DNA of 64,000 nt from Enterobacter phage fGh-Ecl02: sequence record ON212266.1; one strand, given 5' to 3'. Shown here piece by piece: positions 1 through 8,967 of the stretch. The translations under genes were made by a program, and so were the position numbers. Position 1 is the first letter of the stretch. The number at the start of each line of letters is the position of its first letter. Below the pieces are notes generated by a model that saw only the letters and a program-made list of their open reading frames with translations, made no database searches and was not told the DNA's origin.

Positions 1-2757
1 TTATGCCCTGATAATGGAATTTGAAATAACGTCCAAGTAATCCGAAGAATTTTCAATCGGGTTCAGGGCGCTTGGTTTGTAATTCTCTTTCAAGAACCGG
101 ACAACACGATGACGCTCGATGGTCAATCGGTTTTCCCGCCTTGCTTTCAATGACGGAGTCCTCGATATATCAAACGGTGTAAATCCATGAGACAGCAACA
201 CATCCGAAGCGTATTCAAAGATCTGTAGCATCTGATGTTCTGAACGGAAGATCTTTTCGTCACGCTCGTTGGCGTACAAATTCACGTTAAGAGAATGTAT
301 TGTGTCCTGGAAATGGCTAAAGCGACGCTTGTCATTGATTGAAACCGGGGCTTTCGCCAGGCTTTGGTAATGACGTACAGTCTGCTCATCCAAGATATCG
401 TCCACGACTTTCATTAACTTGTTGTAACGGCTGACCAATTTGCCATAACGATCGTCTTCAACATCACCAAACGCCTGATGAACCAGATGGCTCCCGTATT
501 TTAATCGATCCGCCCCAAGGCGCATGCGGCGGTATGATTCCAGTATGCGCCTGGCGCTATCGCGCTCCATCATAGGCTTCACGTTTTCCAACATGATCTT
601 CAGGATTTCATCGATCGGTATGAAGACCTCTGGGAACTTCTTCATCATTGGCACGGATTTACGACGAGCCAAGAAGATTCGGTTGTGAACGTTCAACATA
701 TCGCTGATGTACACTGGCTTGCCTTCATCGTCGACACTGACTGCGTGCTCATACAGAGATTTACGAATACCCCGCGCCGCCGCAGTCGTCAACGTTCTGT
801 CCATCACCTGATGGATACACGCATGGCCAGACACCTCAATATAGACGATGCGCTCGCCCTTGTTGATGATATCTGAGATCTGGTCGCCCGTCAGTTCTTC
901 ATACTGGTATATGTCGAAGTTGCTGCGCGTGAACGGAAACAGGCCAGGGTCTTTGGTGACCGGGGGCGTGACATACGTCAGTTCGTTCATGAACTTAACT
1001 TCAGCAGGCTCCAGCACCGCACTCAGCCAATCGACGAACTTGTCAGCGAAGCACAGATAATCAACCGTCGTTTCTTCTTTACCAATCCAAGTTTCAAAGA
1101 AATCATAGAGAGCCTGAGAATTCTTGAACGCAGGGTTGTCCTTAGATTGGTTGCGCTTGGTGACATAGGATGTGTTCGGCTTGGCCACGATGACTATCGT
1201 CCCTGTATCTTTCAGCTGCTTGATCTTCAGGTTACGAGCACGAACACTATCTTCGATCACCACAGTAACATGCTGGCCGCGATCAATCCACTTCTGGATT
1301 TCTGAAATGGTCAGGGTACTGGACTCACCCCAGTCATAGAAGATCTCCATAGAGAACGGCGATGACAGCTCATTGAACGGCGCGGTATGGTCATAATCGC
1401 GATCAATCTCAACAGGCAGCGGGTAACGGTAATATGAATCATGGAAGCGCTTGTCTGCCGGGTATTCCTTTTCAACCATCTTACGGAATCCACTACCGAA
1501 CATTTCGCTCAGTTTTGCCTTCTCCATATACAGGGCAAGAGGACCGCGCTTACATGCCAGCTCCAGGTCACGCATCTTTTCTGTCAAGATTGCATTGGCG
1601 GTGCCCTTAAACTCCTCAGAGAGCGTCTCACGCGTGAATTCGTCATATGAAAGGTCTTCACGCGACGGTGGTACGTTCAGCGAGCCGAGTTCGAAGAACG
1701 TATAGGACGATGGAAACTTGCTCATGATGGAAGCAGTGTCCGGGTCCAGCTGGTCCAGGTCAATCGGGTACGACACGCCACCCATTACAGCATAATGGGT
1801 GTTCCCCTGGCCCTTCGGCTGGATGTACGTGTTGTTGACCTTGAAATCATAACTGATATCTTCCCAGCTGAAGCGGTATGAAGCGTTCTCAACAATTGGA
1901 CGTTGTTCAGGGCGCATAACACGACCAAGACGGACCAGTTCATCGGAGAATGCAGAGAAACGAGCGTTCTTCACCGGGATCTTCACCGTCATGCCGTTGA
2001 ACTCATCGGTGTCTTCCGGCTTAGGATCACGGGTTTCAAGATCTTTGGTGATCAGATCAACAGTCGGGATGCGCTTGGCATTCAGGTACATCAGGAAGCG
2101 ATGGAGTTTACCGTCCATGCGGCTTTCCACAGTGAACGAATCCGATACCGCAAATGGTGATTTGGAGCCAAGACCGAATGCCCCAATCTGATCATCATCT
2201 TCTTCCTTCGTACTGTGGAAAAGAGTGGTATACAACCCAGGCGTACGAATGATTTCACCATCTTCGCGACGGAACACTAGACCACCATTATAGAACGCAG
2301 GCACACCGATGACCTCAGCTGAGTCAGGGATCTCGTCTTCCTTCACGACCATGTTGCCTTCCAGCAGCACCTCATCTTCCTGTGCTGGGATAGGCTCGCC
2401 AATGATCTTCTCGAGTGGTAGGCCGATGCCGTAATCACGGATTTCCAGCCATGGCTCAAAGTCATCAGGCAGATGCACAACAACCTGCTTACCCTTCGGT
2501 GCAAGGTATTTGCTATGGCGGGCAGGAGGCGGAGTGAGAGGCGCGTAGTGGGATGCCATCACACGGTGCATACGATCACGCATGCCATGGGAGTCGATGG
2601 CGTTACAGACGGTTTCGCGCAGGGCTGCAGCCTCTTTGTAACGATACAATGATGAGAACAGAGTCTCAAACATCTTATCGTTCATCTTCACGTTGAACGC
2701 CTGCCCCTGAATGGAAGACGACGAGCGGATAAAGTGCTCGGACTTGCGCATTTTCAT
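1..2757 (-). CDS. GHKL/Bergerat-fold ATPase domain protein (Hsp90/MORC-like HATPase_c), 918 aa, complete gene (stop at 1-3)
   Basis: N-terminal motifs: N-box 'ETVCNAIDSH', G1 box 'IRDYGIGLP', G2 box 'GAFGLGSKSPF' (MORC/Hsp90-type GxFGxGxKS). A large C-terminal region has no recognisable motifs. ATG at 2755-2757. Confidence 0.6.
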   Translation of the reverse strand: MKMRKSEHFIRSSSSIQGQAFNVKMNDKMFETLFSSLYRYKEAAALRETVCNAIDSHGMRDRMHRVMASHYAPLTPPPARHSKYLAPKGKQVVVHLPDDFEPWLEIRDYGIGLPLEKIIGEPIPAQEDEVLLEGNMVVKEDEIPDSAEVIGVPAFYNGGLVFRREDGEIIRTPGLYTTLFHSTKEEDDDQIGAFGLGSKSPFAVSDSFTVESRMDGKLHRFLMYLNAKRIPTVDLITKDLETRDPKPEDTDEFNGMTVKIPVKNARFSAFSDELVRLGRVMRPEQRPIVENASYRFSWEDISYDFKVNNTYIQPKGQGNTHYAVMGGVSYPIDLDQLDPDTASIMSKFPSSYTFFELGSLNVPPSREDLSYDEFTRETLSEEFKGTANAILTEKMRDLELACKRGPLALYMEKAKLSEMFGSGFRKMVEKEYPADKRFHDSYYRYPLPVEIDRDYDHTAPFNELSSPFSMEIFYDWGESSTLTISEIQKWIDRGQHVTVVIEDSVRARNLKIKQLKDTGTIVIVAKPNTSYVTKRNQSKDNPAFKNSQALYDFFETWIGKEETTVDYLCFADKFVDWLSAVLEPAEVKFMNELTYVTPPVTKDPGLFPFTRSNFDIYQYEELTGDQISDIINKGERIVYIEVSGHACIHQVMDRTLTTAAARGIRKSLYEHAVSVDDEGKPVYISDMLNVHNRIFLARRKSVPMMKKFPEVFIPIDEILKIMLENVKPMMERDSARRILESYRRMRLGADRLKYGSHLVHQAFGDVEDDRYGKLVSRYNKLMKVVDDILDEQTVRHYQSLAKAPVSINDKRRFSHFQDTIHSLNVNLYANERDEKIFRSEHQMLQIFEYASDVLLSHGFTPFDISRTPSLKARRENRLTIERHRVVRFLKENYKPSALNPIENSSDYLDVISNSIIRA

Positions 2758-2829
2758 AGTATAGAAATCCTATCAATGTCAAAGGGGAACATATTGGTTG
2801 AGTGGGTATAATACGGTGGGTGTCTTCAA

Positions 2830-2858
2830 TTGAAAAAGCCCTCGACTGAGGGCTTTGT
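2830..2858 (-). terminator. rho-independent terminator (minus strand) downstream of 2864..3211
   Basis: Hairpin aaagccctc-gact-gagggcttt, followed on the minus strand by TTTTT. Confidence 0.5.
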
Positions 2859-2863
2859 TCAGA

Positions 2864-3211
2864 TCAATCTTCGGTGGCAAATCGCGCCTGGAAGTCGAAT
2901 GTTGGGCGCTGGGCACCAGGTTCCAACTTCTCTTCCAGATAGCCGATGATGGTGCGGGTGACCGACACAGGCTCTTTGCGTGGGTTGACTGGAGTAGCCA
3001 GCGCGATGATAGAGGACTGCTGCTCTTCTACACGCGTGTATTCCACATTGAAGTGATAGCGAGAACCAAAGGCCGCCACTTCGACTTTGGTGATCTGTAG
3101 ATCTTTCAGGTCAGTGCTGTTCAGGGTTCCCACGTTCAACTGTGAGCGCAGGTGCTCAACAATGTTGGAGTACACATACTGTGGGGTGATCAGCTGTTCA
3201 ATAGAACTCAT
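2864..3211 (-). CDS. hypothetical protein 115 aa
   Basis: ORF in a co-directional operon. No recognisable motif. Confidence 0.45.
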   Translation of the reverse strand: MSSIEQLITPQYVYSNIVEHLRSQLNVGTLNSTDLKDLQITKVEVAAFGSRYHFNVEYTRVEEQQSSIIALATPVNPRKEPVSVTRTIIGYLEEKLEPGAQRPTFDFQARFATED

Positions 3212-3352
3212 AACATATCCTCTACTTTTTGGGTTCGGTTTTACTTAATCGAGCGACCTCTGCTCGAAGGAAGATTATCTCGTCGGTCATCAAACATCAC
3301 CCATGATCTGGCCAACTTTGGAGTGTCTGCAGAAAGATCCTTCAGGCACTCC

Positions 3353-3553
3353 TCACTTACGTTTGCGCTTGTTCTTTCCATAGGTCTTCGCCTTCTTCTT
3401 GCGGGTTACAGATGGACGACCATGTCCCGGTTCGCCGGGTGTGCCACCCTGAGTGTAACGACGCCCCCACATATCATCACCACGATGCGCGGCGACGATT
3501 TCCATTTCTGACAGCGCTAGCATAGCAGCAACAGCCGCAGATGATTTCTTCAT
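3353..3553 (-). CDS. small basic protein 66 aa (Lys/Arg-rich C-terminus)
   Basis: Has a stop/start overlap with the upstream gene. Hydrophobic N-terminus, KRKRK tail. Confidence 0.3.
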   Translation of the reverse strand: MKKSSAAVAAMLALSEMEIVAAHRGDDMWGRRYTQGGTPGEPGHGRPSVTRKKKAKTYGKNKRKRK

Positions 3554-4005
3554 TTCGTTTCTCCTTTGGCGGCGTAGGACAGCGCCTGAACAATCATTAC
3601 AGCCAGATCGATAGGCGAGTAGGTGCTGTTCAGATCTTCTCGAACACTCTGCTCGATTTCTTCATCAGACTGGACCACAGGACAGTTCTTTTCCTGGCGA
3701 CGGCGTTCTGTGTTGATCATATCACGTAGGAGCAGATCGGTGAAGGAGTACTCATCAAAGTTTTCCAGATAATTCTGAATCCCAGTGGATACAGGGATTG
3801 GCTCCGGCTCCTGTGCCCCAGGATCTTTCAGGGCAGCAACAGTGGCATCAATATCCCACAGAGGGTTCATCAGTAACAGAAGATTAACTGTTTCTCCTGA
3901 CTCTGAAGTCGGGTTATTTCCCAGCACCTTGTAAAGATTCTTCAGGGTGCTGTCAAAGGTCAGAACGGTCTGCGCCAGTTCTTCATAAGTTGGTTTGGTA
4001 GTCAT
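3550..4005 (-). CDS. hypothetical protein 151 aa
   Basis: ORF within the early minus-strand operon. Confidence 0.45.
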   Translation of the reverse strand: MTTKPTYEELAQTVLTFDSTLKNLYKVLGNNPTSESGETVNLLLLMNPLWDIDATVAALKDPGAQEPEPIPVSTGIQNYLENFDEYSFTDLLLRDMINTERRRQEKNCPVVQSDEEIEQSVREDLNSTYSPIDLAVMIVQALSYAAKGETK

Positions 4006-4067
4006 CAGCGTTTGCTCCGGCGTTTGTTCTTCATCTTTCTTGGCTTGTCTGTCATGTTCCTGTCCAC

Positions 4068-4100
4068 GAAAAAGGGATAGAGCAATAATACCCTATCCCC
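4068..4100 (-). terminator. TTCAATAAA + hairpin + T-run module (minus strand)
   Basis: Minus strand reads ttcaataaaaggggatagggtattattgctctatcccttttt. Confidence 0.4.
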
Positions 4101-4116
4101 TTTTATTGAAGAACGA

Positions 4117-4530
4117 TTAGTCTTCAGATTCTACTTTGCCGCCTCGTAGATCCCGAACTGGTTTACCGTCCGGTGTCATCACATAAATGGTGTTGATTGT
4201 CTCAAACCAAGACAGCTGGTCAACACCCTCGGTGTATGGAGTCACCGGAACAGAAGTCTTGACCTCTTTACCTTTCGTGTTCGGATGTTCAACCACATCC
4301 AAGAACGCACATTTCCCGCTCGGAAGGATCACACCATCAGTAAACAGCACGATCTTCTTGCGAGGGTTGCTGGCCTCACCCAGGCACACCACCAGATGAT
4401 GGATCATCTCGGGGCGGTCAATCAACAAGTCGTCTTTGATAATCCCTTGCTTGATAGCAGAGATCACTACTTCATCCAACAGAGCCTGCTGTTGGTCCAG
4501 TGTCAGGGATTCAGTGAGTTTCACGCTCAT
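4117..4530 (-). CDS. hypothetical protein about 137 aa (start moved to internal ATG 'MSVKLTESL')
   Basis: The track ORF 4117..4599 overlaps the LemA gene by 65 nt. The ATG at 4530 removes that overlap. Confidence 0.4.
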   Translation of the reverse strand: MSVKLTESLTLDQQQALLDEVVISAIKQGIIKDDLLIDRPEMIHHLVVCLGEASNPRKKIVLFTDGVILPSGKCAFLDVVEHPNTKGKEVKTSVPVTPYTEGVDQLSWFETINTIYVMTPDGKPVRDLRGGKVESED

Positions 4531-4534
4531 GACA

Positions 4535-5104
4535 TCAGCCTTTGAAGTTAATCGGTTTCTGAATACCAGCGTCGAACGCGGCCTGGGTACGGGTATCACT
4601 CACCACCTGACAGGTCTTGTCAAGGTCGATACGCGGGTAGCCGAACATGCCAGCAATCAACGAACCAGGGAACTGAGCCAGCTTGGTTTCGTATATTGTG
4701 CAGATATCCAGCTTCTTGGTCTGGCTGATGCGGAATTCATCACGCCCAGAACTGATCACCACCTGGATCTCTTTGTACAGGCTGGAATCGAACTGAATAT
4801 TCTGCTCCTGGATCCACTGCATCACAGCCTTGGAACCATCAGCGCCATAACGCCCTTCGAACGTGCCTTTGATCACTTCCTTCAGGCCGTCTTTATACAT
4901 GTCAGGAATCTGCGCCGTCTCTTGAACTTTGAGCGTGTAGTTGCTCAGGTAGTTCTCGGAGTCTTTATTGAACTTCTTGACCTGCTGTTCAGTGCGGTTG
5001 AAGTCGTTGAAGTAGCTGATGACAGTACCGATACCGATGATCACAATGCCCAGCAACGCCAAACCAAAGATCCAACCTGATGCAATGCCCTTAGATTGAG
5101 ACAT
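4535..5104 (-). CDS. LemA-family membrane protein 189 aa
   Basis: N-terminal TM 'WIFGLALLGIVIIGIGTVISYF' followed by a LemA-like soluble domain. Confidence 0.5.
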   Translation of the reverse strand: MSQSKGIASGWIFGLALLGIVIIGIGTVISYFNDFNRTEQQVKKFNKDSENYLSNYTLKVQETAQIPDMYKDGLKEVIKGTFEGRYGADGSKAVMQWIQEQNIQFDSSLYKEIQVVISSGRDEFRISQTKKLDICTIYETKLAQFPGSLIAGMFGYPRIDLDKTCQVVSDTRTQAAFDAGIQKPINFKG

Positions 5105-5122
5105 TCTTATTTCCTCTTTTGA

Positions 5123-6238
5123 TTAAAAATTAAACGGATAACGTCGACGGCCACCATTGTACTCCATTCGCTGCAATATGAAAATTGCGGTGAACGGCAG
5201 ACAGCCCAGCAGAACAACAATCACAACTTCCCATGTCTTGAGTTCCCGCCACTTCAGGTACTCCATTTCCTTCATCTCAACGCGGTTGTAGCCTTTGGTG
5301 ATGTTAACGACAACATCAGCCATGACACCGACGCCCATGTCGTGGCCTGTGAGAGCCATGCCATTGCGAGAATGGAGTTCACGGTTGTGCATACCATCAG
5401 CGAACGAAGTGCTCTTGCCCCAGTTGATCTTCAGGTCTTTGTTGATGTCGGTCACGACAATAACGTCGTTCTTTTTACCACCATCCCAAGCATAGACCAA
5501 GCCCTGGAAGTATTCAACTGGCTGACCGGAAGTCACAACCCAGACGATGTTCACCTGCTTGGCTGCGCCCAGCTTCTTCAGGACATCGTTCAGATAGTCG
5601 TTCCAGTATGTGGTCGGTAACGCCAGGCCGGACACGTTAAGCACACGAGTGACGCGATAGTAGTCATAGACTTCGGGATACTTCGGAATCTTGTCTTTGA
5701 AGCGCTCAGCAAACTGCTGGTCTGAACGAGAGAACAGAGAGTCTTTGTTGCCCAGCACATAATTCATATATGAATGTTCACGTGCCGCAGGTTCCCCGAT
5801 TTTAACTTGTGCCCAGCGCGGCGGTTGACCAAGACCACGACGATCAATACGATCAATCGTCAGATTACCAACAGTCGTCAACACATCCCAGTCCACGTCA
5901 TACGAATGCTCATAGCATGTGCTGCAATGGCGGGTGCGGGTACATGACTTGCTGCTACCGGAACCGGAACATGATGTGGTGTAGTAGCAGTTGCATTCAT
6001 ATGAATGCTCACAACTCACCTTATTCCGCTCCTTTGCAGTGACGTACCCGTTCAGGATCTCAACATCCCCAGAACTGCCAAGGGAGAACGCAGCATAAGT
6101 CCCCGCCTGAATCAGACAGGATAGCACCACTACAATCGCGGTCGCTATCAGAGTCTCTTTCGGCTCATGGGTCTTGCGGTGGTAGGTCACAAACAGGATA
6201 GCCAGTACCAATGGCACACCAAACAGGAGGTAGATCAT
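5123..6238 (-). CDS. Cys-rich membrane protein 371 aa (TM at both termini)
   Basis: N-terminal TM. Cys cluster 'CEHSYECNCYYTTSCSGSGSSKSCTRTRHCSTCYEH'. C-terminal TM 'VVIVVLLGCLPFTAIFIL'. Confidence 0.5.
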   Translation of the reverse strand: MIYLLFGVPLVLAILFVTYHRKTHEPKETLIATAIVVVLSCLIQAGTYAAFSLGSSGDVEILNGYVTAKERNKVSCEHSYECNCYYTTSCSGSGSSKSCTRTRHCSTCYEHSYDVDWDVLTTVGNLTIDRIDRRGLGQPPRWAQVKIGEPAAREHSYMNYVLGNKDSLFSRSDQQFAERFKDKIPKYPEVYDYYRVTRVLNVSGLALPTTYWNDYLNDVLKKLGAAKQVNIVWVVTSGQPVEYFQGLVYAWDGGKKNDVIVVTDINKDLKINWGKSTSFADGMHNRELHSRNGMALTGHDMGVGVMADVVVNITKGYNRVEMKEMEYLKWRELKTWEVVIVVLLGCLPFTAIFILQRMEYNGGRRRYPFNF

Positions 6239-6453
6239 TTGGATTCACCGACGAGCTGCGCCTTGGTCATCCCAAGGAGTTGATCTTTATGCTCAGGATT
6301 AGCACCGTTCTTTAACAACAAATCCCAACGCTCTTCATGGTACTGTGGGTCCAGTGCTTCATCAAATGTGATGTGGTGGCGGAACATAATAGTTGCCACT
6401 GAATGGACACAGTGAGCGATTGCGCGCTTCATTGTTCGGGTATTCTTGATCAT
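6235..6453 (-). CDS. hypothetical protein about 72 aa (ATG start at 6453)
   Basis: ATGA stop/start overlap with the upstream ORF. The track start is a non-ATG codon. Confidence 0.35.
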   Translation of the reverse strand: MIKNTRTMKRAIAHCVHSVATIMFRHHITFDEALDPQYHEERWDLLLKNGANPEHKDQLLGMTKAQLVGESK

Positions 6454-6674
6454 CTTGTACACCCTCCGACACAAATGATATTCAGTTCGCCACGGACAAA
6501 CCCACTCTTACCGGAGGATTTGTTGTCGTTCAGCATTTTCCACAGCCCATCAGCGTCACCCAATTCCGGCATCTGATACTGTACCACAGGGGTCTTGCGA
6601 TCTTCTTCGAGCATTACAGACACCATAGATTCGATATCCAGGGAGTCCATATCTTCAATTCGTTGCATTGCCAT
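6450..6674 (-). CDS. hypothetical protein 74 aa
   Basis: ORF in the operon. Confidence 0.35.
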   Translation of the reverse strand: MAMQRIEDMDSLDIESMVSVMLEEDRKTPVVQYQMPELGDADGLWKMLNDNKSSGKSGFVRGELNIICVGGCTR

Positions 6675-6686
6675 AGTGAAATCCTC

Positions 6687-6884
6687 TTAATAGAGTTTGG
6701 TGTATGTTTGTTTGACACGCATAAAAGTGCTCATATATCTTTGTGATTCCACCAAATGAGCAAACGCCGTTTCTGCCGAACTCTTGTCCTTGAACTCCAG
6801 AACGGAAGTGTCTACTGCAATAGATTGATTCTTCCCGTCGAAACCAACGGTTGTCACTAAGATCTTATAATCTTGGGTTTCCAT
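6687..6884 (-). CDS. hypothetical protein 65 aa
   Basis: ORF in the operon. Confidence 0.35.
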   Translation of the reverse strand: METQDYKILVTTVGFDGKNQSIAVDTSVLEFKDKSSAETAFAHLVESQRYMSTFMRVKQTYTKLY

Positions 6885-6966
6885 GATGTATATCCTTGCA
6901 AAAAGAAAGGGGAACGGGCTAATAATAACCCATTCCCCTTTATTGAAGGAAGCAACCCCAGTCAGA

Positions 6967-7134
6967 TTACTTTTTCTTCAGCTCGTCCAGTTTGGCTTCG
7001 ATTTGTTCTAGGATATCTTTACCCTTCTGAACAATCACCTCACCGTCTTGCGCGTGTTTACGGAAGACCAGAGCGCCAGCGATGAAGCCGACAACCGCGC
7101 CAGGAAGCGCATAAACCAGCAGATCTTGTAACAT
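6967..7134 (-). CDS. small membrane protein 55 aa (below the ORF-track cutoff)
   Basis: Minus-strand ATG at 7134 preceded by GAGGA. Translation MLQDLLVYALPGAVVGFIAGALVFRKHAQDGEVIVQKGKDILEQIEAKLDELKKK. It is followed by a hairpin and T-run at about 6905-6950. Confidence 0.4.
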   Translation of the reverse strand: MLQDLLVYALPGAVVGFIAGALVFRKHAQDGEVIVQKGKDILEQIEAKLDELKKK

Positions 7135-7170
7135 GATAATATCCTCGCTTTATAGGCGAGGATATTTATA

Positions 7171-8406
7171 TCAGCGTTTCAAGAGTGTCATGAGGTTGAC
7201 GCTGCTGGACTTCGGCTTGTCCTCAACCTTGCGCACAGGCATCTTCAGGTTCGTACAGACCTCGGATGGTTCCCAGCGCGTACCCTTTTGCAGGTGCCAG
7301 ATATGCAGAGGAACACCAGTCTCAAAGAACACAGGCATCTTCCACTTCTGGACGCCTGGAACGTGCCCTACAGGAGCCTTTTCGCACAACAGGGTATCTG
7401 GCAGCCAGAGCGAACGGGCTTCCCAGAGCGCTGCGCAGGAGTATTCAGGCCAGACGCGTTCCATGTAGTCTATCTCATCCCAGGTACGCTCTGCGTCCCA
7501 CCCGATGTAACGGGTATTCTTCAGTCGGAAGAATTTCTTCAGCCAACAAGCACCGGAGGTTTCAAAGTTCAGGCGGTTGATGAACGTCAGGTGCCCGAAC
7601 TCAGCCACACAATCCTGGAACGCCTGCTCAAGGTCGGCCTCAAGGATGTCACACTCTTCATCCGTGATAGGGCAACCGTTGATCTTTTTCTTCCCGTGTT
7701 TAGTCACCCAATCGTCACGGTTGGACAAGAACGCCGCGCCATTACGGTTGGACTCGCTTCCATCACGATCACGCAGCATGAATCCAGGGACGTCAATGGT
7801 GTATTCGTTCCCGAAGACCATGTTCAGGGCTTCCAGGAAGTTCCAGGCACTCAGGCGACCGAAGTATTTCCAGGACATCGCCGTGTCCCACAGCTGGGTG
7901 AATTGTTCTGTCTTATCGATGCACACCAACATCCCACGGAAAGCGTCATATTGAGTACGGCCAGCCAGCCAGTCAATATAGGACTGAACACACGGAATCA
8001 TCTTGGACTTGCGGTAGCGACAGTCGGTATCGAATCGCATGCGTTCAAAGTTCAGATTATACCAATCAGAGAAGCGCTGCATCTCTTCCTTAGACTGAGG
8101 CGGCACAGGGAACTCACTGTAGATCGTCCACGGTCCGACAGCGTTATAGCAACAACCCCACAGGAATGCCATCCAGATCTTGCGCTCGACTTTCTGTTCG
8201 AGGCTGATACCTTCAGTGACTTCGATCGCATAGTCCATCAGACGCATCTGCTGGTTGTGCTCTTCTGTGTAGGACAGCGCCTCCACCCAAGCCTTGAGCA
8301 GGTACATGCGATTCTCAGGCTTGCGATAATCAACAGCCAGGTCAATCGGGTACTTCCATTCAGCCGGAGGCGTATAGCCCGTCGGCATTTTAGATAAATG
8401 ATGCAT
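7171..8406 (-). CDS. hypothetical protein 411 aa; candidate DNA-modification enzyme
   Basis: Large soluble ORF with no recognisable motif. It is co-located with the kinase, PLP and HAD genes. Confidence 0.5.
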   Translation of the reverse strand: MHHLSKMPTGYTPPAEWKYPIDLAVDYRKPENRMYLLKAWVEALSYTEEHNQQMRLMDYAIEVTEGISLEQKVERKIWMAFLWGCCYNAVGPWTIYSEFPVPPQSKEEMQRFSDWYNLNFERMRFDTDCRYRKSKMIPCVQSYIDWLAGRTQYDAFRGMLVCIDKTEQFTQLWDTAMSWKYFGRLSAWNFLEALNMVFGNEYTIDVPGFMLRDRDGSESNRNGAAFLSNRDDWVTKHGKKKINGCPITDEECDILEADLEQAFQDCVAEFGHLTFINRLNFETSGACWLKKFFRLKNTRYIGWDAERTWDEIDYMERVWPEYSCAALWEARSLWLPDTLLCEKAPVGHVPGVQKWKMPVFFETGVPLHIWHLQKGTRWEPSEVCTNLKMPVRKVEDKPKSSSVNLMTLLKR

Positions 8407-8765
8407 CTTTCGCTTCCTCTTCAGGAGCCACAGCTTCAGGCTCAGGAGCCAGCTGAATATCTTCCGGCTTCACGAACCCCATCGGACGTTCCCACATATC
8501 GACAAAGCGACGGTCAGCGGTCACGAACCACAGACGGGCTGCGGTGTGGGTCTTACTCGAGATGAACATCTGAGCGTTCGTCTGGGTACGGAACGGAGCA
8601 GCCTGCAACCACTTGCCAAAGTCTTTGGACGACGGATTGGCATTCAGCTGGAACTGAGGGATGACGCAGTTCTTTTCAGGAATCAGGCGCACGGCAGTAA
8701 TGTGCTTGGCGTTTCCGGTGTAGTCAATCGCAACAGCCACAGCATCGCGAGGGATTTGAATTTTC
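8390..8765 (-). CDS. hypothetical protein about 125 aa (start at MKIQIP)
   Basis: ATGA overlap with the upstream 67-aa ORF. Confidence 0.4.
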
Positions 8766-8967
8766 ATTTTGGTTCCTTGAATATTTTGTAACCAGCAGCG
8801 CCGATAGACATCACCGCGCCAATACAGTACATCACAGTCACGTTCAACTTCTCTGAGGTTGTTAAGTCCAGAGGGGTGAAATGATAGGCTAGGGCAGTAC
8901 ACATTGAAACGGCTGCCATAACCAGACCAATGAACAACAGATAATTAGACAACCGTTTCATGATCAC
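8764..8967 (-). CDS. small two-TM membrane protein 67 aa
   Basis: Hydrophobic segments 'LLFIGLVMAAVSMCTALAY' and 'VMYCIGAVMSIGAAGY'. Confidence 0.4.
   Translation of the reverse strand: MIMKRLSNYLLFIGLVMAAVSMCTALAYHFTPLDLTTSEKLNVTVMYCIGAVMSIGAAGYKIFKEPK

Noticed and set aside
2758-2800. Possible sigma70 promoter (TTGACA ... TATACT) upstream of the GHKL ATPase gene
   Set aside because: The spacer is only 13 nt and the -10 candidate abuts the ATG, leaving no room for a 5'UTR or RBS.
7288-8397. 369-aa plus-strand ORF
   Set aside because: Entirely antisense to the 411-aa minus-strand gene, which fits the co-directional operon. The translation is Arg/Leu-rich and looks like an antisense artefact.
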